Of a DNA stretch of 41,837 bases, positions 9,143 through 20,077 are shown piece after piece. The DNA comes from Planctomycetota bacterium (GTDB taxonomy: Bacteria > Planctomycetota > GCA-002687715 > DRQF01). Position numbers and translations under genes: made by a program. Location: NCBI GenBank assembly GCA_036479435.1, contig JAZGFI010000030.1, forward strand, positions 1-41,837. Reading direction: 5' to 3'. Under the pieces are notes generated by a model. It was not told the origin of the DNA. It saw only the letters and a program-made list of their open reading frames with translations, and ran no database searches. Numbering within the stretch: the first letter of the stretch is position 1; every line of letters begins with the position of its first letter.

Positions 9143-9146
<4 letters not shown>
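7530..9146 (-). CDS. Membrane sensor histidine kinase
   Basis: Two TM helices; H-box VTHELRTPLT, N-box NLIENAAKY, DRGPG, F-box IFEPF, G2 GLGLGL. Confidence 0.95.
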
Positions 9147-9856
<710 letters not shown>

Positions 9857-9858
9857 TA

Positions 9859-11541
9859 CTATTTGTGCCGCCAGAAATAATGCCAGTCGGCGGTCAGCTT
9901 ACGTTCCTTACCGGCTTCAAGCTCGATGGTCCATTTGATCTCGCTGATGCCATTGGCCCGCATCCACCAACTCGGCCATCCGTAATTCCACCAAGATGAG
10001 GGCAAGACACCTTGAGATCCGGTGACTTCGAAGACGCTTAGACGCCGGTAACTGGCTTTGTCCGATGCCGAGTCGACTTCGCCGAGAAGGAATTTTTTAA
10101 TCTCAATTTTGACGGTCTTGTTGAGTCGATTGTGACACTCGATGCGGCCGCGGATGTCGTACTGCTCAAAGTGCCGATCGTCTAGCAGTAAGGCGTTGGG
10201 AGTGCGGTCGATTTCCTCGGCATCCACCCGCACTTGGATGTTCAAAGCCGCGGTCAGGGCGATATCGACGCGCGCGCCGGGCGGGGTGTAAGTCATCATT
10301 CCCTGCGCGATGACCATTCCCTTGCGAAGCAGCAAAGCCGGGCCAGTAGTAAAAGGCGCACTTTGATTATTCGAGAATCGCAAACGATGCTCGACTTTCG
10401 GAGCTTGCGGCAACCGTCCGTTGCGACTGCTTCCCAGGGCTCGCAGCGCAGCCTCCGGAGGCCTCAAGGTGAGATCCAAAACGTAGATGTCTTCGTAGTC
10501 AAGATTGAAACTCGTTACCGGCTTCGCCATGCGCGCGCCCTTTTTGAGGGTCACTTTGCCGAAGTCGTAGATGTAGAGGTCTTCGAGATCAGAGCCCTTG
10601 AGGGCCGTAATCTCCCCGTTGCCCGCGGCGGGAACGTAGCCTCCGGCGACCTGAGTGGTGATGAAGTTGCTCGCTAAAGAACGGGCGTCGCCGCGATAAC
10701 CGGGCGTCCGCCGCCCCGCCGCCGCCGTTTGTTGCGCCACGGCATTGAGGGAGATGGGGTCTTTGACGTCATGGAATCGAAAGTTGGGGACGCCGACAAC
10801 GAGGTGAACAAGAGTGTCATCAAGGTCGATGAGATCGTTCATGAAGGACGCTTGGAGTTTGACGGCGGCTTTGCCTTCACCATCAACGTCGATTTGGTAG
10901 CTCGGAATCCATCGCAAGCCCGACTCAACCCAAGAAAGAGAAACCTTAACTTTGGCTCCGGCCAAGTCGTCGCCAGCGACTTTCAACTCCAAGACTTTCT
11001 GCATCTTGGTTTCGCTGACTTCAGCGACGTATTCGCCAGGGAAGGACACCTGCTTAAGTCGAGTCAAGTCGACGGCCAAAGTCTCAGTCCCGGATTTTAC
11101 CATCGCGATTTGCGGCTGGGCGTCGGGAAGGAACTCGTCGTAGGCCGCCGAGACGATGACGCCGGTCACGGTGTGATCGTAGACGTCGGTGATCTTGACG
11201 ATGTTGCCGACGTTGATGCGCACAAGTTCCAGCATGCTTTTCGCCGGACGCTTTGATGCGACTTTCATCCGGGAAGCCGTTACTGACTCCAGCGCATAGC
11301 CATCCGTCAGCACCTGCGGCCAGAAAGTTCCCAACACGGGATTCGGCAGATCTTTCACCATGATCTTTCCATCGGCGTCTAAAGTGACCTCGCCGCGGCG
11401 GATGACAAAAGCGTGGGCGTCTTTGAAGACGAAAACTTCGCGCACCGGCAGCGAGGAAAAATCTCGCAAGGCCTGCTGGGCGCCGAGGCTCCCCAACAAA
11501 CTCGCGACCAGAGCCAGCACCAGTATTGCACTTCGAAACAT
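9859..11541 (-). CDS. DUF4139-like exported protein
   Basis: ATG 11541 with SD GGAGG; signal peptide; V.VFKD.HAFV, GLRWIPSY, LVVGVPNF, EDLYIY, APFTTGP, YTPPG. Confidence 0.75.
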   Translation of the reverse strand: MFRSAILVLALVASLLGSLGAQQALRDFSSLPVREVFVFKDAHAFVIRRGEVTLDADGKIMVKDLPNPVLGTFWPQVLTDGYALESVTASRMKVASKRPAKSMLELVRINVGNIVKITDVYDHTVTGVIVSAAYDEFLPDAQPQIAMVKSGTETLAVDLTRLKQVSFPGEYVAEVSETKMQKVLELKVAGDDLAGAKVKVSLSWVESGLRWIPSYQIDVDGEGKAAVKLQASFMNDLIDLDDTLVHLVVGVPNFRFHDVKDPISLNAVAQQTAAAGRRTPGYRGDARSLASNFITTQVAGGYVPAAGNGEITALKGSDLEDLYIYDFGKVTLKKGARMAKPVTSFNLDYEDIYVLDLTLRPPEAALRALGSSRNGRLPQAPKVEHRLRFSNNQSAPFTTGPALLLRKGMVIAQGMMTYTPPGARVDIALTAALNIQVRVDAEEIDRTPNALLLDDRHFEQYDIRGRIECHNRLNKTVKIEIKKFLLGEVDSASDKASYRRLSVFEVTGSQGVLPSSWWNYGWPSWWMRANGISEIKWTIELEAGKERKLTADWHYFWRHK

Positions 11542-11625
11542 CGTTACCTCCGCGACCCTTGGGGCCTCAACGCAAGACCGACTACCGGCCTGCATTTCAG
11601 AGTACGTGGCCCAAGCCCAAAGGCC

Positions 11626-11642
11626 TGTCACGGCTTTGTAAC
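11626..11642 (-). promoter_or_regulatory. Candidate OmpR/PhoB-type binding box
   Basis: Minus strand GTTACA-N5-GTGACA direct repeat with 11-bp period, upstream of a TACTCT -10-like hexamer (11604-11599). Confidence 0.4.
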
Positions 11643-11650
11643 TGCGTCAC

Positions 11651-12274
11651 TCAGTTCTTGCGGGCGACTTTTCTCTGCACGATGACGCCTTCCAGGCCGC
11701 GAAAGGTCACCAGCACGGCACCGATGTCGGCGAAATGCGAAAAAAGCCGTTCCACCACGTGCTCTTCGCCGGGCCAGGGATAGGCAAAAATAACGTCGAA
11801 ATCCTCGATCTCAGACTCAAGCTCGTCGTAACCGCTGACACAGCCAAGATCTAACCAAGCGGGGCCGTCGAGGTCGTCGGCCACCGCGTCAGCACCGGGT
11901 GGAATGAAAGTCCCCTGGGCTAAGGGGATGTCGATGTCGAAACTCGACAAGAATCTTTCACCGGCTTCAACGAGCTCTCGGCGCGATTCGATGCCACAGG
12001 CCTCAAAGCCGAGGAGCGACGCCATGCCGCAGACCACGCCGATCCCCGAGCCCCATTCGCAAAAGTAGCGCCCCGAAAGCACTGAGCGCTCCTTGAGAGC
12101 GGCGAGGACGCGATAGACTTCTTCGTAGTTGCTCGGGACGAAACTCGTGATCGGCTCGTCTAGATGCCCCTCGACAAAGTCCTCCACGCCGCGGTTGGCG
12201 GCGGCGATAAAGTCCACGACGCGATCAGGTAGAGGCCCCGCGAAGGGCTCGATATCAAGGGCTTGCAGGGTCAT
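11651..12274 (-). CDS. Class I SAM-dependent methyltransferase-like protein
   Basis: Motif I FCEWGSGIG, GIESR, FDVIFAYPWPGE. Confidence 0.75.
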   Translation of the reverse strand: MTLQALDIEPFAGPLPDRVVDFIAAANRGVEDFVEGHLDEPITSFVPSNYEEVYRVLAALKERSVLSGRYFCEWGSGIGVVCGMASLLGFEACGIESRRELVEAGERFLSSFDIDIPLAQGTFIPPGADAVADDLDGPAWLDLGCVSGYDELESEIEDFDVIFAYPWPGEEHVVERLFSHFADIGAVLVTFRGLEGVIVQRKVARKN

Positions 12275-12368
12275 CGGAGCAGTCTACCAGCCTCACCGAG
12301 ACTCGTTATGATGCCGCGTGCTGAATTTCGGCCTTTGCCGTCATCACACCAGTTGAAGAGATGAATAC

Positions 12369-12743
12369 ATGACGGCAAATTGGTTGTTCACTGGCTCGCT
12401 CATGGCGGGTCTTGGAGTCGTTGCGGGGGCCTTTGGGGCGCACGGGCTACAAAAACGGGTCGATGCCGACATGATCGCAGTCTGGAAAACGGCCGCCGAC
12501 TACCAGATTTATCACGCCTTAGCCCTGCTCGCCGTCGCTTGGGCCGCGGAACGCTACGCCACGGGCATGGTGCAAAGTGCGGGATGGTGTTTTTTGGCGG
12601 GCATCGTGGTCTTTTCGGGCAGCCTGTACTTGCTGGTCTTGACCGGAAACAAGATGCTCGGGGCCATCACGCCCATCGGCGGGGTTTTGTTCATCGCCGG
12701 GTGGGTCTTGCTCGCCCTCACCGCCCTCAAGACCCGTAACTAA
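12369..12743 (+). CDS. DUF423 (YgdD/TMEM256 family) membrane protein
   Basis: GAFGAHGL, W.TA..YQ.YH, FSGSLY, GAITPIGG. Confidence 0.95.
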   Translation: MTANWLFTGSLMAGLGVVAGAFGAHGLQKRVDADMIAVWKTAADYQIYHALALLAVAWAAERYATGMVQSAGWCFLAGIVVFSGSLYLLVLTGNKMLGAITPIGGVLFIAGWVLLALTALKTRN

Positions 12744-12745
12744 TC

Positions 12746-14725
12746 ATGGCCCTCGTTTCTGTTTCCCATGTCTCGAAAAGCTTCGACGCCACAACGATTC
12801 TGCACGACGTCACCGTCGACTTAGAGCGCGGACGAAAAATCGGGCTCATCGGCCAAAATGGAACCGGCAAAAGTACCCTTCTCAAGCTGATCGCAAAAAC
12901 CTTGGAAGTGGACGACGGTGAGATATTTCACCAGCGGGGCTTGCGTTTTGCGGTTCAGGCCCAAGAACTCGACGCCGACGACAACAGCACGGTCATCGCC
13001 GAGATGCGCGGCATTTTTCGCGAGGACCTAAGGCGCGAATCACGACTCCGCGAAATGGAAGAACGCCTGACTACGGTCGCCGAAGGCGAAGAACAGGCCA
13101 AGCTATTAAGGGACTATTCAAGACTACAAGACGAACACGAGGCCGCCGGCGGTTACGACATTGAACGCCGCATTGAAACGGTGCTCACCGGTCTCGGCCT
13201 CCCCACTTCGGCTTGGGATCAACCGATCTCTGATTTCTCTGGAGGCGAACGCAACATCATCGGGCTGGCTCGCGCCCTGCTGAGCGACCCTGAGCTTTTG
13301 CTCTTGGACGAACCCTCGAACCACCTCGACATGGACGGAGTAGAATGGTTCGTGCGCTTTATGCGCAATTCGCCCGCCACGATATTGATGGTGAGTCACA
13401 ACCGTCATTTGCTCGATGCCGCCGTCGACGAGATCTGGGAGCTGCGCTCGCACCGCGTCACCGTTTGGCCCGGCAACTACAGCGACTTTGAACAGCGCAA
13501 GGCCGAAACGCTCGCCTTGCAAGAACGGCAGTACAAAAACCAACAGCGGACGATCAAGCGCCTTGAGTTTCAAGCGCGACGCCTCCGCGATATGGCCCGC
13601 GCCTACGACGACCCCGGGCAAGCCAAACGCGCGAAGTCGATGCTGAAGCGCATCGAGAACATGGACAAGGTCGAGCGCCCGGACGATTCAGAGAGCCGCT
13701 TTCACGCCACTTTGAGTTCGGGTTCACGCCACGGCCACATGGCACTACAAGTCGAGAACTTCTCGTTTGCCTACGGTGACCGCGTCATCTTCGAGCCCTC
13801 AAGCCTCGACATTCAGTTTGGCGACCGCGTGTGTCTGGTCGGTCCCAACGGCTGTGGCAAGACCACGCTTTTTCGCGAGATCTTAGAAAAAGGATCTTGG
13901 GAAAACCCCATGCTACGCCTGGGCAAGTCGGTAAAAGTCGGCGACTACAATCAGTTTCACGCTGAGGCCATGGATGTCCGCAAGAGCCTCGTGGATTGGT
14001 TGCAGGAAATCACCGGCTTGGACTACCAGCCAACGACGGAGTTGTTGCATCGGTTTTTGTTTGTCCGCGACGACCTTGATCGCGAAATAAGCTCCCTCTC
14101 CGGAGGAGAAAAAAGCCGACTTCAGCTTGCGCGTTTGGTGCACGAGAAGGTCAACTTCCTCATGCTCGATGAGCCCACCAATCACTTGGATATCCAGGCT
14201 TCCGACGAACTTGAATCTATGCTCGAAGAGTTCGACGGCACTTTGTTTATCATCTCTCACGACCGGTATTTCTTAGAGAGAATGGTCGACCACGTCGTCG
14301 AAGTGAAAGACCGCAAACTCGTCAGCTACCACGGCAACTTCCAGGACTGGTGGGACAAACACCAACGCGAGCGCGAAGGTCGTCGCCGCGGACTGTTGAG
14401 TTTGCAAAGTCAAGATCAAGCCCAACGCTTGTTGGCCGAACCCAAAGAAAAAGCGTCGCAAGACGACCGCAACGAACGCAAATCGCGACAACGCGAAATC
14501 CGCCGCCTAAAACGAGACGTCGAGAACTTGGAAACCGCGATTGCTGGCCACGAGTCGAGCATCGCCAATCTCGAGGCCGAACTCGAAGAGGTCTACTCCG
14601 AAGGTGGCGACGCCGCCCGTGGCCCCGTCGTAAGCCGCCAGTTGGATACCGAACGCAAAGAACTGGAGCTTGCGCTCAGTTCCTGGGAAGAGCAATCGGC
14701 TAAACTTGAGGCACTTGAGGCATGA
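12746..14725 (+). CDS. ABC-F family ATP-binding protein
   Basis: Two NBDs (GQNGTGKST / GPNGCGKTT; FSGGE / LSGGEK; LDEPSNHLD / LDEPTNHLD; SHNR / SHDR), no TM segments, C-terminal coiled coil. Confidence 0.95.
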   Translation: MALVSVSHVSKSFDATTILHDVTVDLERGRKIGLIGQNGTGKSTLLKLIAKTLEVDDGEIFHQRGLRFAVQAQELDADDNSTVIAEMRGIFREDLRRESRLREMEERLTTVAEGEEQAKLLRDYSRLQDEHEAAGGYDIERRIETVLTGLGLPTSAWDQPISDFSGGERNIIGLARALLSDPELLLLDEPSNHLDMDGVEWFVRFMRNSPATILMVSHNRHLLDAAVDEIWELRSHRVTVWPGNYSDFEQRKAETLALQERQYKNQQRTIKRLEFQARRLRDMARAYDDPGQAKRAKSMLKRIENMDKVERPDDSESRFHATLSSGSRHGHMALQVENFSFAYGDRVIFEPSSLDIQFGDRVCLVGPNGCGKTTLFREILEKGSWENPMLRLGKSVKVGDYNQFHAEAMDVRKSLVDWLQEITGLDYQPTTELLHRFLFVRDDLDREISSLSGGEKSRLQLARLVHEKVNFLMLDEPTNHLDIQASDELESMLEEFDGTLFIISHDRYFLERMVDHVVEVKDRKLVSYHGNFQDWWDKHQREREGRRRGLLSLQSQDQAQRLLAEPKEKASQDDRNERKSRQREIRRLKRDVENLETAIAGHESSIANLEAELEEVYSEGGDAARGPVVSRQLDTERKELELALSSWEEQSAKLEALEA

Positions 14726-14744
14726 CTGCGATACACTGCTTTCG

Positions 14745-15932
14745 ATGAGCCAACCGCAAGACCCTGACCGCCCCAAATCCCGATTCTACGGCATGCGCAT
14801 CGCCCTGGTCATGCTGGCAGCCGCTTTGCTCTTTGGCTTTATCCAGTGGAACCGAGCCCGCGACCTTCGCCAGCAATTGGAGTCAGCAAGACACCCGGCG
14901 GAAGCTCACTTGACACTTCGGGGTGAGGGCCTTCGCGGCGGCTACCGGCTTCGGCAACTGCGGGGACCGGGGTTTTACGAAGGTGATGAGCCCAGTTGGG
15001 AGCTCATCGAAGAGAGTCCATCCGATACGGTCAACAGCATCCACCTCCCCGCCGGCATCATCGAACTAACCTGGGGCGAGCAAAGCTGGCCCTTGCTTTT
15101 ACCGCGCGGCGGCAAGCTCGACATCGATTTGACCCCGGCACCGAAGGGCTTTTGTCGCGTTCCACCCGGGCCTTACCTGGGAAGGCTTGATTCGCGACTT
15201 AGCCGCCCCCTCAATCCCGAAGGCAAGACCCACGGTCCGTCCGGCTACCTGATCTCTGAGCGCGAAGTTTCGCTTGCAGACTACGGCGAGTTTCTCCGCG
15301 CCCTGGCGGTCGCCAGAAACCAGAACGACGGTGAAGCAATCGCACCGCGCGACCACGCACTTGAGTTCGGACCCTACTGCTCAGAGTTTGAGCGCAAACA
15401 CTTCAAAAAAGGCTGCCGCGGTCATCGTCCGGTCGGGGGCCAGATGGACCTTTGGGCCAAGGACATCAAAGACGGCATCCCCGACAAGATCCTGCGCTTC
15501 GTCAACTACTTTGACGCCCTCGCCTATTGTGAGTTTCTGACCCTTCGCGAGCAGAACCGTGGACGCTTAGTCCGCTACCGCCTGCCAACCCAAAGCGAAT
15601 GGGAAAAAGCCGCTCGCGGCGTCGATGGCCGCCCTTTCCCTTGGGGGTTCTCGCCTATCTCGGCCGCGAGACGCGGTGAAGGCGACGTCAATCTCCGCGT
15701 CAGCAGCCACGCCGCCTTGCGCTCTCCCTACGGCTTGTTCCACATGGGGTCCGGCGTTTCAGAGTGGACGTCCACGCCTGAGGGGCGACTGCGTCGCGTC
15801 GTAGCGGGCGTATCGTTTGACCTCCACCGAGACGAGATCTACCTCGGCTACGGGCTCGGCGAGTCACCTTGGATGCGTTCCCCCGCCCTAGGTTTTCGTG
15901 TCGTCAGAGAAGAACGTGACGACGCCAAGTAG
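14745..15932 (+). CDS. Membrane-anchored FGE-sulfatase (SUMF1-like) domain protein, divergent
   Basis: N-terminal TM; EVS..DY.EF, V.YFDALAYC, RLPTQSEWEKAARG.DGR.FPWG, SPYGL.HM, GFR. Start placed at ATG 14745. Confidence 0.8.
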   Translation: MSQPQDPDRPKSRFYGMRIALVMLAAALLFGFIQWNRARDLRQQLESARHPAEAHLTLRGEGLRGGYRLRQLRGPGFYEGDEPSWELIEESPSDTVNSIHLPAGIIELTWGEQSWPLLLPRGGKLDIDLTPAPKGFCRVPPGPYLGRLDSRLSRPLNPEGKTHGPSGYLISEREVSLADYGEFLRALAVARNQNDGEAIAPRDHALEFGPYCSEFERKHFKKGCRGHRPVGGQMDLWAKDIKDGIPDKILRFVNYFDALAYCEFLTLREQNRGRLVRYRLPTQSEWEKAARGVDGRPFPWGFSPISAARRGEGDVNLRVSSHAALRSPYGLFHMGSGVSEWTSTPEGRLRRVVAGVSFDLHRDEIYLGYGLGESPWMRSPALGFRVVREERDDAK

Positions 15933-18900
15933 GCGCGACGCTTGGGGCGAGTTGGTCAGGCTAAGGCAGTCTGAAGCCTTGGCCCTGATCCCCGCCGCCG
16001 CCGTCTTGTATCTGACCGCTCGGCTCGCTGGCTCCGCTGACGCCGGCCATGGATTCTCTGCGATTTTATTGGTCTGGGGAAGCTACGCGCTGGCCTCGAT
16101 CTTGCTGTTGGCCATCACCTCGTTGATGACCGCCGCCTTTTTGCGGCGGGGTCGCCGTCACCGGCCCACCGTCTTGACCGTCGGTGCGATCGCCATGTGT
16201 CCCTTGACTTGGATCTTGGGGCAAAATCTACTGACGGGCACAAAAGTCGCGCGCGGGGATCAATCAGAGCTTGCCGGCTACTTAGCAGCTGCGGCCATTG
16301 GATTGGCGAGCACTTTTTTTCTGCACCTTGGATGGCATGGCCGCTACCGCAAACGAATCCTCAGGGTCCCTGCGGTATGCGCGGCGTTCATCATCATCGG
16401 CCTCGGGGGGCTCGCCGAGTGTTTGAATCTGCGATTCCTCGTCAAACAGTACGCGCTTTGGCATCTCGCTCTGGCTTGGTTTGGATCTACTTCAGCCTTG
16501 ATTGGGTTTTCTTTGCTGGCCGATCGTTGGTCCAAGAGCCGCACCCTCTTGGCTACCTTGTCCATCGTCTTGGTCATGAGCGCGGCGGCAGTTGACAGCC
16601 TTGGTGAGAAGCCTGCGAGCGGCCTCGGACTCGGTTTCGGCTTTAGTAGCGCCGCTCGTATCGAACGCGGTGCCTTAGCAATGGGGCGCCGGTTCGGAAT
16701 CCTGAAAGTCCCGCCAAAACCTCAGGGTGATCTCAGTTTGATTGCGGGCCGCTGGGGACAAAGCAAGAGCGGTCGCCGCGATGAGATTTTCGCGAGGCTC
16801 GGCATCTCGGCGCCGAAATCCGTCATCTTGATCACGATTGATGCGCTGCGAGCCGATCGAACGGGGTTCGGAGGTTACCGCAAGAACGCCACCTCGCCTT
16901 TTTTGGACCGCCTTGCGGCGGAGTCTATCGTCTTTGACCGCGCTTACGCCCAGGCCTCGTTCAGCCTCCCATCCGTCATGTCGCTCTTCACGGGACGCTA
17001 CCCGGCGTCGCTCAACTCCTGGCGCGCAAAAAACGATCTGGAGGCTTACCCCGGCGAGTACACGATCGCGGAATTGCTGCGCTTAAATGGCTTTCGCACC
17101 GTGGGGTTGCCCGCCTATCCCGACAACATGTTGCACACGATTTTCCTCGATTTTAAGCGGGGCTTTGATTCCTACTTCATCTCCGACGTCAACCAAGCAC
17201 GGAGCGCACCAGAGGTCTTCGCGGATGCGCTGTCAGACTTAGGACGCGAGCCCGAGCGCAAGAGTCTGCACTGGATTCACCTGATGGAGGTACACGGGCC
17301 CTATCCGCAGAAGCACACTCCTTTCGGCAACACTGTTTCCGATCAATACGATCACGCCACGCTGACTGTCGATCGCGCCTTCGAGGAGTTTTGGCAGCGC
17401 GCGACAAGTCAGGGTTTGTTGAAGGACACCTTGGTGATCGTCCATTCGGATCACGGTGAAGAGCTCTTTGATCACGGAGGCCGTTTTCACGGCAGCGAGC
17501 TCTACGAGGAGCAGATTCACGTTCCGCTCTTTTTTTGGATGGACGGCATCATGCCGCGCCAGGTGGAAGGTCCTGTCGAACTCGTCGATCTTCTGCCGAC
17601 TATCGCCGATGCCCTTGATCTGCCACTTCCGGGAAGACTCCACGGCGACAGCCTGTTGCCGACTTTCATCGGAGAGGCTCCGAGTGGCCTGGCGATCTCG
17701 CAAGTCATGAACGACGTCGTGGCAGGAAAGATGCTGGTCGCAGCCATCCAAAACGACGCCAAGGTCATCCGGAACATCGAAGACCAAAGCACTGAGTACT
17801 ACGATCTAAGTCGAGACCCGCGAGAATCTAATCCAAACGCTGATCTCGACACCCAAGCCCTAGACGCGCTGAGTTTCGCCGTGGAGCGTCTCGCCGGCGA
17901 GCTCGCCAGTCCGGAAAATGCTGGCCAAAACGCGGGCGGTTCAGACCCTTCGCCTCAAAAGAGCGAATTTTGGGATTGGGAAGATCTCAAGTTCCTCGAA
18001 TCGCAGTTGACGAAAGGGTCTTGGCGACGCGCGCTCTACGGACTGTGGGATAAAAGGCGAACGCCCCCCACTAAGCTCGCAAGCTTGCTCGGTCCGAACT
18101 CGCCAGCCCCTGACGCCGACGCCGCGCGAGAACTTCTGGTTAAGCTTATCGTCACGGAGCCGCGTCCCGAGTTCGAAACCGCTTTGCTAACCGCTTACCA
18201 AGACAGATCTGATCTTGAGACGCGCATCTTGCTCCTCCAGGGCATCGGCGGGTTAGTTCCCTCGGCTGTAGTACGCGCGAGCTTCGCCGGGACAAAACCA
18301 GGTGATCTCGGGCACCGTGAGCGAGCGCATCGTCTCGTCGCCTTGACCCGCTGCGGCGACCTCGATGCTGAGCAACAAGTGAGCGCATCCTGGTCGAACT
18401 GGCCGCGAGGGCTTCAGTTGGAAACTTGGCCCTGGCTCGCCCTTGACGCGGACTCACCCTTCCACGCCGCCTTAATCGTCGCCGCCCTTGCACCACCCTT
18501 GCACCACGACCTTGCCGCCTTCGGCATCTTAGCTCTTAGTCGTCGTCAACCGACAAAGGCGCGAGACCTGTTCTCGGCTCTGCGGCTTCGACACCGAGAG
18601 TTGTCGAAGCTCGATGGCAATGCTTTGAGTCTCTTTGAACTTGCCGACTCGAAGCTGGATCTGACCACGCAAGCTGCTCTCTACCGGATGTTCGAAGCGG
18701 CTGTAGGACCAAGGCGAGTACGCATCTTGGTGAAGCTCGACCGGCTCGGCGGTTCTCTTCGGGAGCGATTTGACGCGCTGCATTTAGCGTCCCGAAGAAT
18801 ACCTAAAGACCGTCTTGACCTTCTTTTCGAAGTCGATCCAGTGCGAAGTCGCGAGCTTTTAGCCATCACTCCGACGGCGCCCTTTTCACTCGGCCTAAGC

Positions 18901-19125
18901 CTCAAGATCACGGCCGGGGATGCCCAGGCGGGACAGATCATCGAAGGTTTTGTCAGCGCCACGAAAGTGGGAGCGGACAAGAGCAAGATCCCGTCCCGAA
19001 TCTACGTTGAAACTCCCCAGCGCGCCCTGCTCGCGCTGCGTGAGCGGCTTCCCGACGGGCCCCTCGTCTTCTCTGATGCCAAGGGCAAGACCCGTCTAAC
19101 TTTCGAAGCCCCAAGCGCCGATTGA
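15916..19125 (+). CDS. Polytopic membrane sulfatase-like hydrolase/transferase with a helical C-terminal region
   Basis: Several N-terminal TMs; ILITIDALRAD, SLPSVMSLFTGRYP, HLMEVHGPY, SDHGEEL..HG...HG..LYEEQIHVPL, YDLSRDPRE. Start uncertain (GTG 15916). Confidence 0.85.
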   Translation: MTTPSRRDAWGELVRLRQSEALALIPAAAVLYLTARLAGSADAGHGFSAILLVWGSYALASILLLAITSLMTAAFLRRGRRHRPTVLTVGAIAMCPLTWILGQNLLTGTKVARGDQSELAGYLAAAAIGLASTFFLHLGWHGRYRKRILRVPAVCAAFIIIGLGGLAECLNLRFLVKQYALWHLALAWFGSTSALIGFSLLADRWSKSRTLLATLSIVLVMSAAAVDSLGEKPASGLGLGFGFSSAARIERGALAMGRRFGILKVPPKPQGDLSLIAGRWGQSKSGRRDEIFARLGISAPKSVILITIDALRADRTGFGGYRKNATSPFLDRLAAESIVFDRAYAQASFSLPSVMSLFTGRYPASLNSWRAKNDLEAYPGEYTIAELLRLNGFRTVGLPAYPDNMLHTIFLDFKRGFDSYFISDVNQARSAPEVFADALSDLGREPERKSLHWIHLMEVHGPYPQKHTPFGNTVSDQYDHATLTVDRAFEEFWQRATSQGLLKDTLVIVHSDHGEELFDHGGRFHGSELYEEQIHVPLFFWMDGIMPRQVEGPVELVDLLPTIADALDLPLPGRLHGDSLLPTFIGEAPSGLAISQVMNDVVAGKMLVAAIQNDAKVIRNIEDQSTEYYDLSRDPRESNPNADLDTQALDALSFAVERLAGELASPENAGQNAGGSDPSPQKSEFWDWEDLKFLESQLTKGSWRRALYGLWDKRRTPPTKLASLLGPNSPAPDADAARELLVKLIVTEPRPEFETALLTAYQDRSDLETRILLLQGIGGLVPSAVVRASFAGTKPGDLGHRERAHRLVALTRCGDLDAEQQVSASWSNWPRGLQLETWPWLALDADSPFHAALIVAALAPPLHHDLAAFGILALSRRQPTKARDLFSALRLRHRELSKLDGNALSLFELADSKLDLTTQAALYRMFEAAVGPRRVRILVKLDRLGGSLRERFDALHLASRRIPKDRLDLLFEVDPVRSRELLAITPTAPFSLGLSLKITAGDAQAGQIIEGFVSATKVGADKSKIPSRIYVETPQRALLALRERLPDGPLVFSDAKGKTRLTFEAPSAD

Positions 19126-19129
19126 AGCC

Positions 19130-20077
19130 GTGAAAGACCCCGCGAAACCCGGTGATTTGCTCTACACCGTCGACCCCCACTGGAAGGGCCTTCGGCTCGA
19201 TCACTTTTTGAAGGCGATGCTACCCGCGATGTCGCGCAGCAAGATCCAGCGCTTGGCGAAATCCCATCGCATATTCGTCAACGACGAGCCGCGGCGCTCC
19301 AACTGGAAAGTCCAAGTCGACGACCGCGTGCGCTTGGTGGTCGATGATCCGACCGACGATCCGGAAGCCGGTCAAAGCATTCCCATTGATTTGATCTACG
19401 AAGATGAAGACCTGCTGGTCATCAACAAGGCGGCTGGCCTACAGGCCCATCCCGTGGCCGGCCACCGCTTCGATACTCTGCTCAATGCGATCTATTGGCG
19501 ATGGAAGGACGATATCCACGACTCTGAATCCATCAGTCTTGCGAATCGTCTCGACAAAGACACCTCGGGCGTCATCGTTGCTGCTAAGCACAAGGCGGCG
19601 CGGCAAAAGCTCCAGCGCCAGTTCGAATCTCGTACACCAACGAAGTCTTATCTCGCCATCGCCGCGGGCCACATCGAGCATGACCAGGGGCTCATCGAGT
19701 TCGCTCTGGCCGGCAACCCCATCCCGCGGGCGAGGGACAAAATCATCGTCAGTCCGGACGGAAAACCGAGTTCGACGAGCTATGAGGTCAAACGCCGAGG
19801 CTGTTGTACGGTGGGCGAAGCGCCGTCACTCGACTGGACTTACCTGGCGCTTTTTCCCGAGACCGGCCGGCAACACCAGCTTCGAGTTCATCTTGCCGCC
19901 ATCGGTCACGCCCTATTGGGCGATGATCGTTACGGGCCCGAGCTCTTGCAGGCCTCAGCGCCCCATCGCTGTGCCCTGCACGCACACCGACTGACTCTTC
20001 AGCACCCAGGCCGCGGCGACAACGTCACTTTCGAAGCGCCCTTGGCCGCAGACCTCACCCGCTACTTGGAAACCTAA
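19130..20077 (+). CDS. RluA/RluD-family pseudouridine synthase
   Basis: S4-like RLDHFL, INKAAGL, catalytic RLDKDTSG, TGRQHQLRVHL..IGH..LGD..YG, LHA..L...HP. Confidence 0.93.
   Translation: MKDPAKPGDLLYTVDPHWKGLRLDHFLKAMLPAMSRSKIQRLAKSHRIFVNDEPRRSNWKVQVDDRVRLVVDDPTDDPEAGQSIPIDLIYEDEDLLVINKAAGLQAHPVAGHRFDTLLNAIYWRWKDDIHDSESISLANRLDKDTSGVIVAAKHKAARQKLQRQFESRTPTKSYLAIAAGHIEHDQGLIEFALAGNPIPRARDKIIVSPDGKPSSTSYEVKRRGCCTVGEAPSLDWTYLALFPETGRQHQLRVHLAAIGHALLGDDRYGPELLQASAPHRCALHAHRLTLQHPGRGDNVTFEAPLAADLTRYLET

Noticed and set aside
20055..20077. 23-bp overlap of convergent gene ends
   Set aside because: Short convergent overlaps are ordinary in compact genomes.
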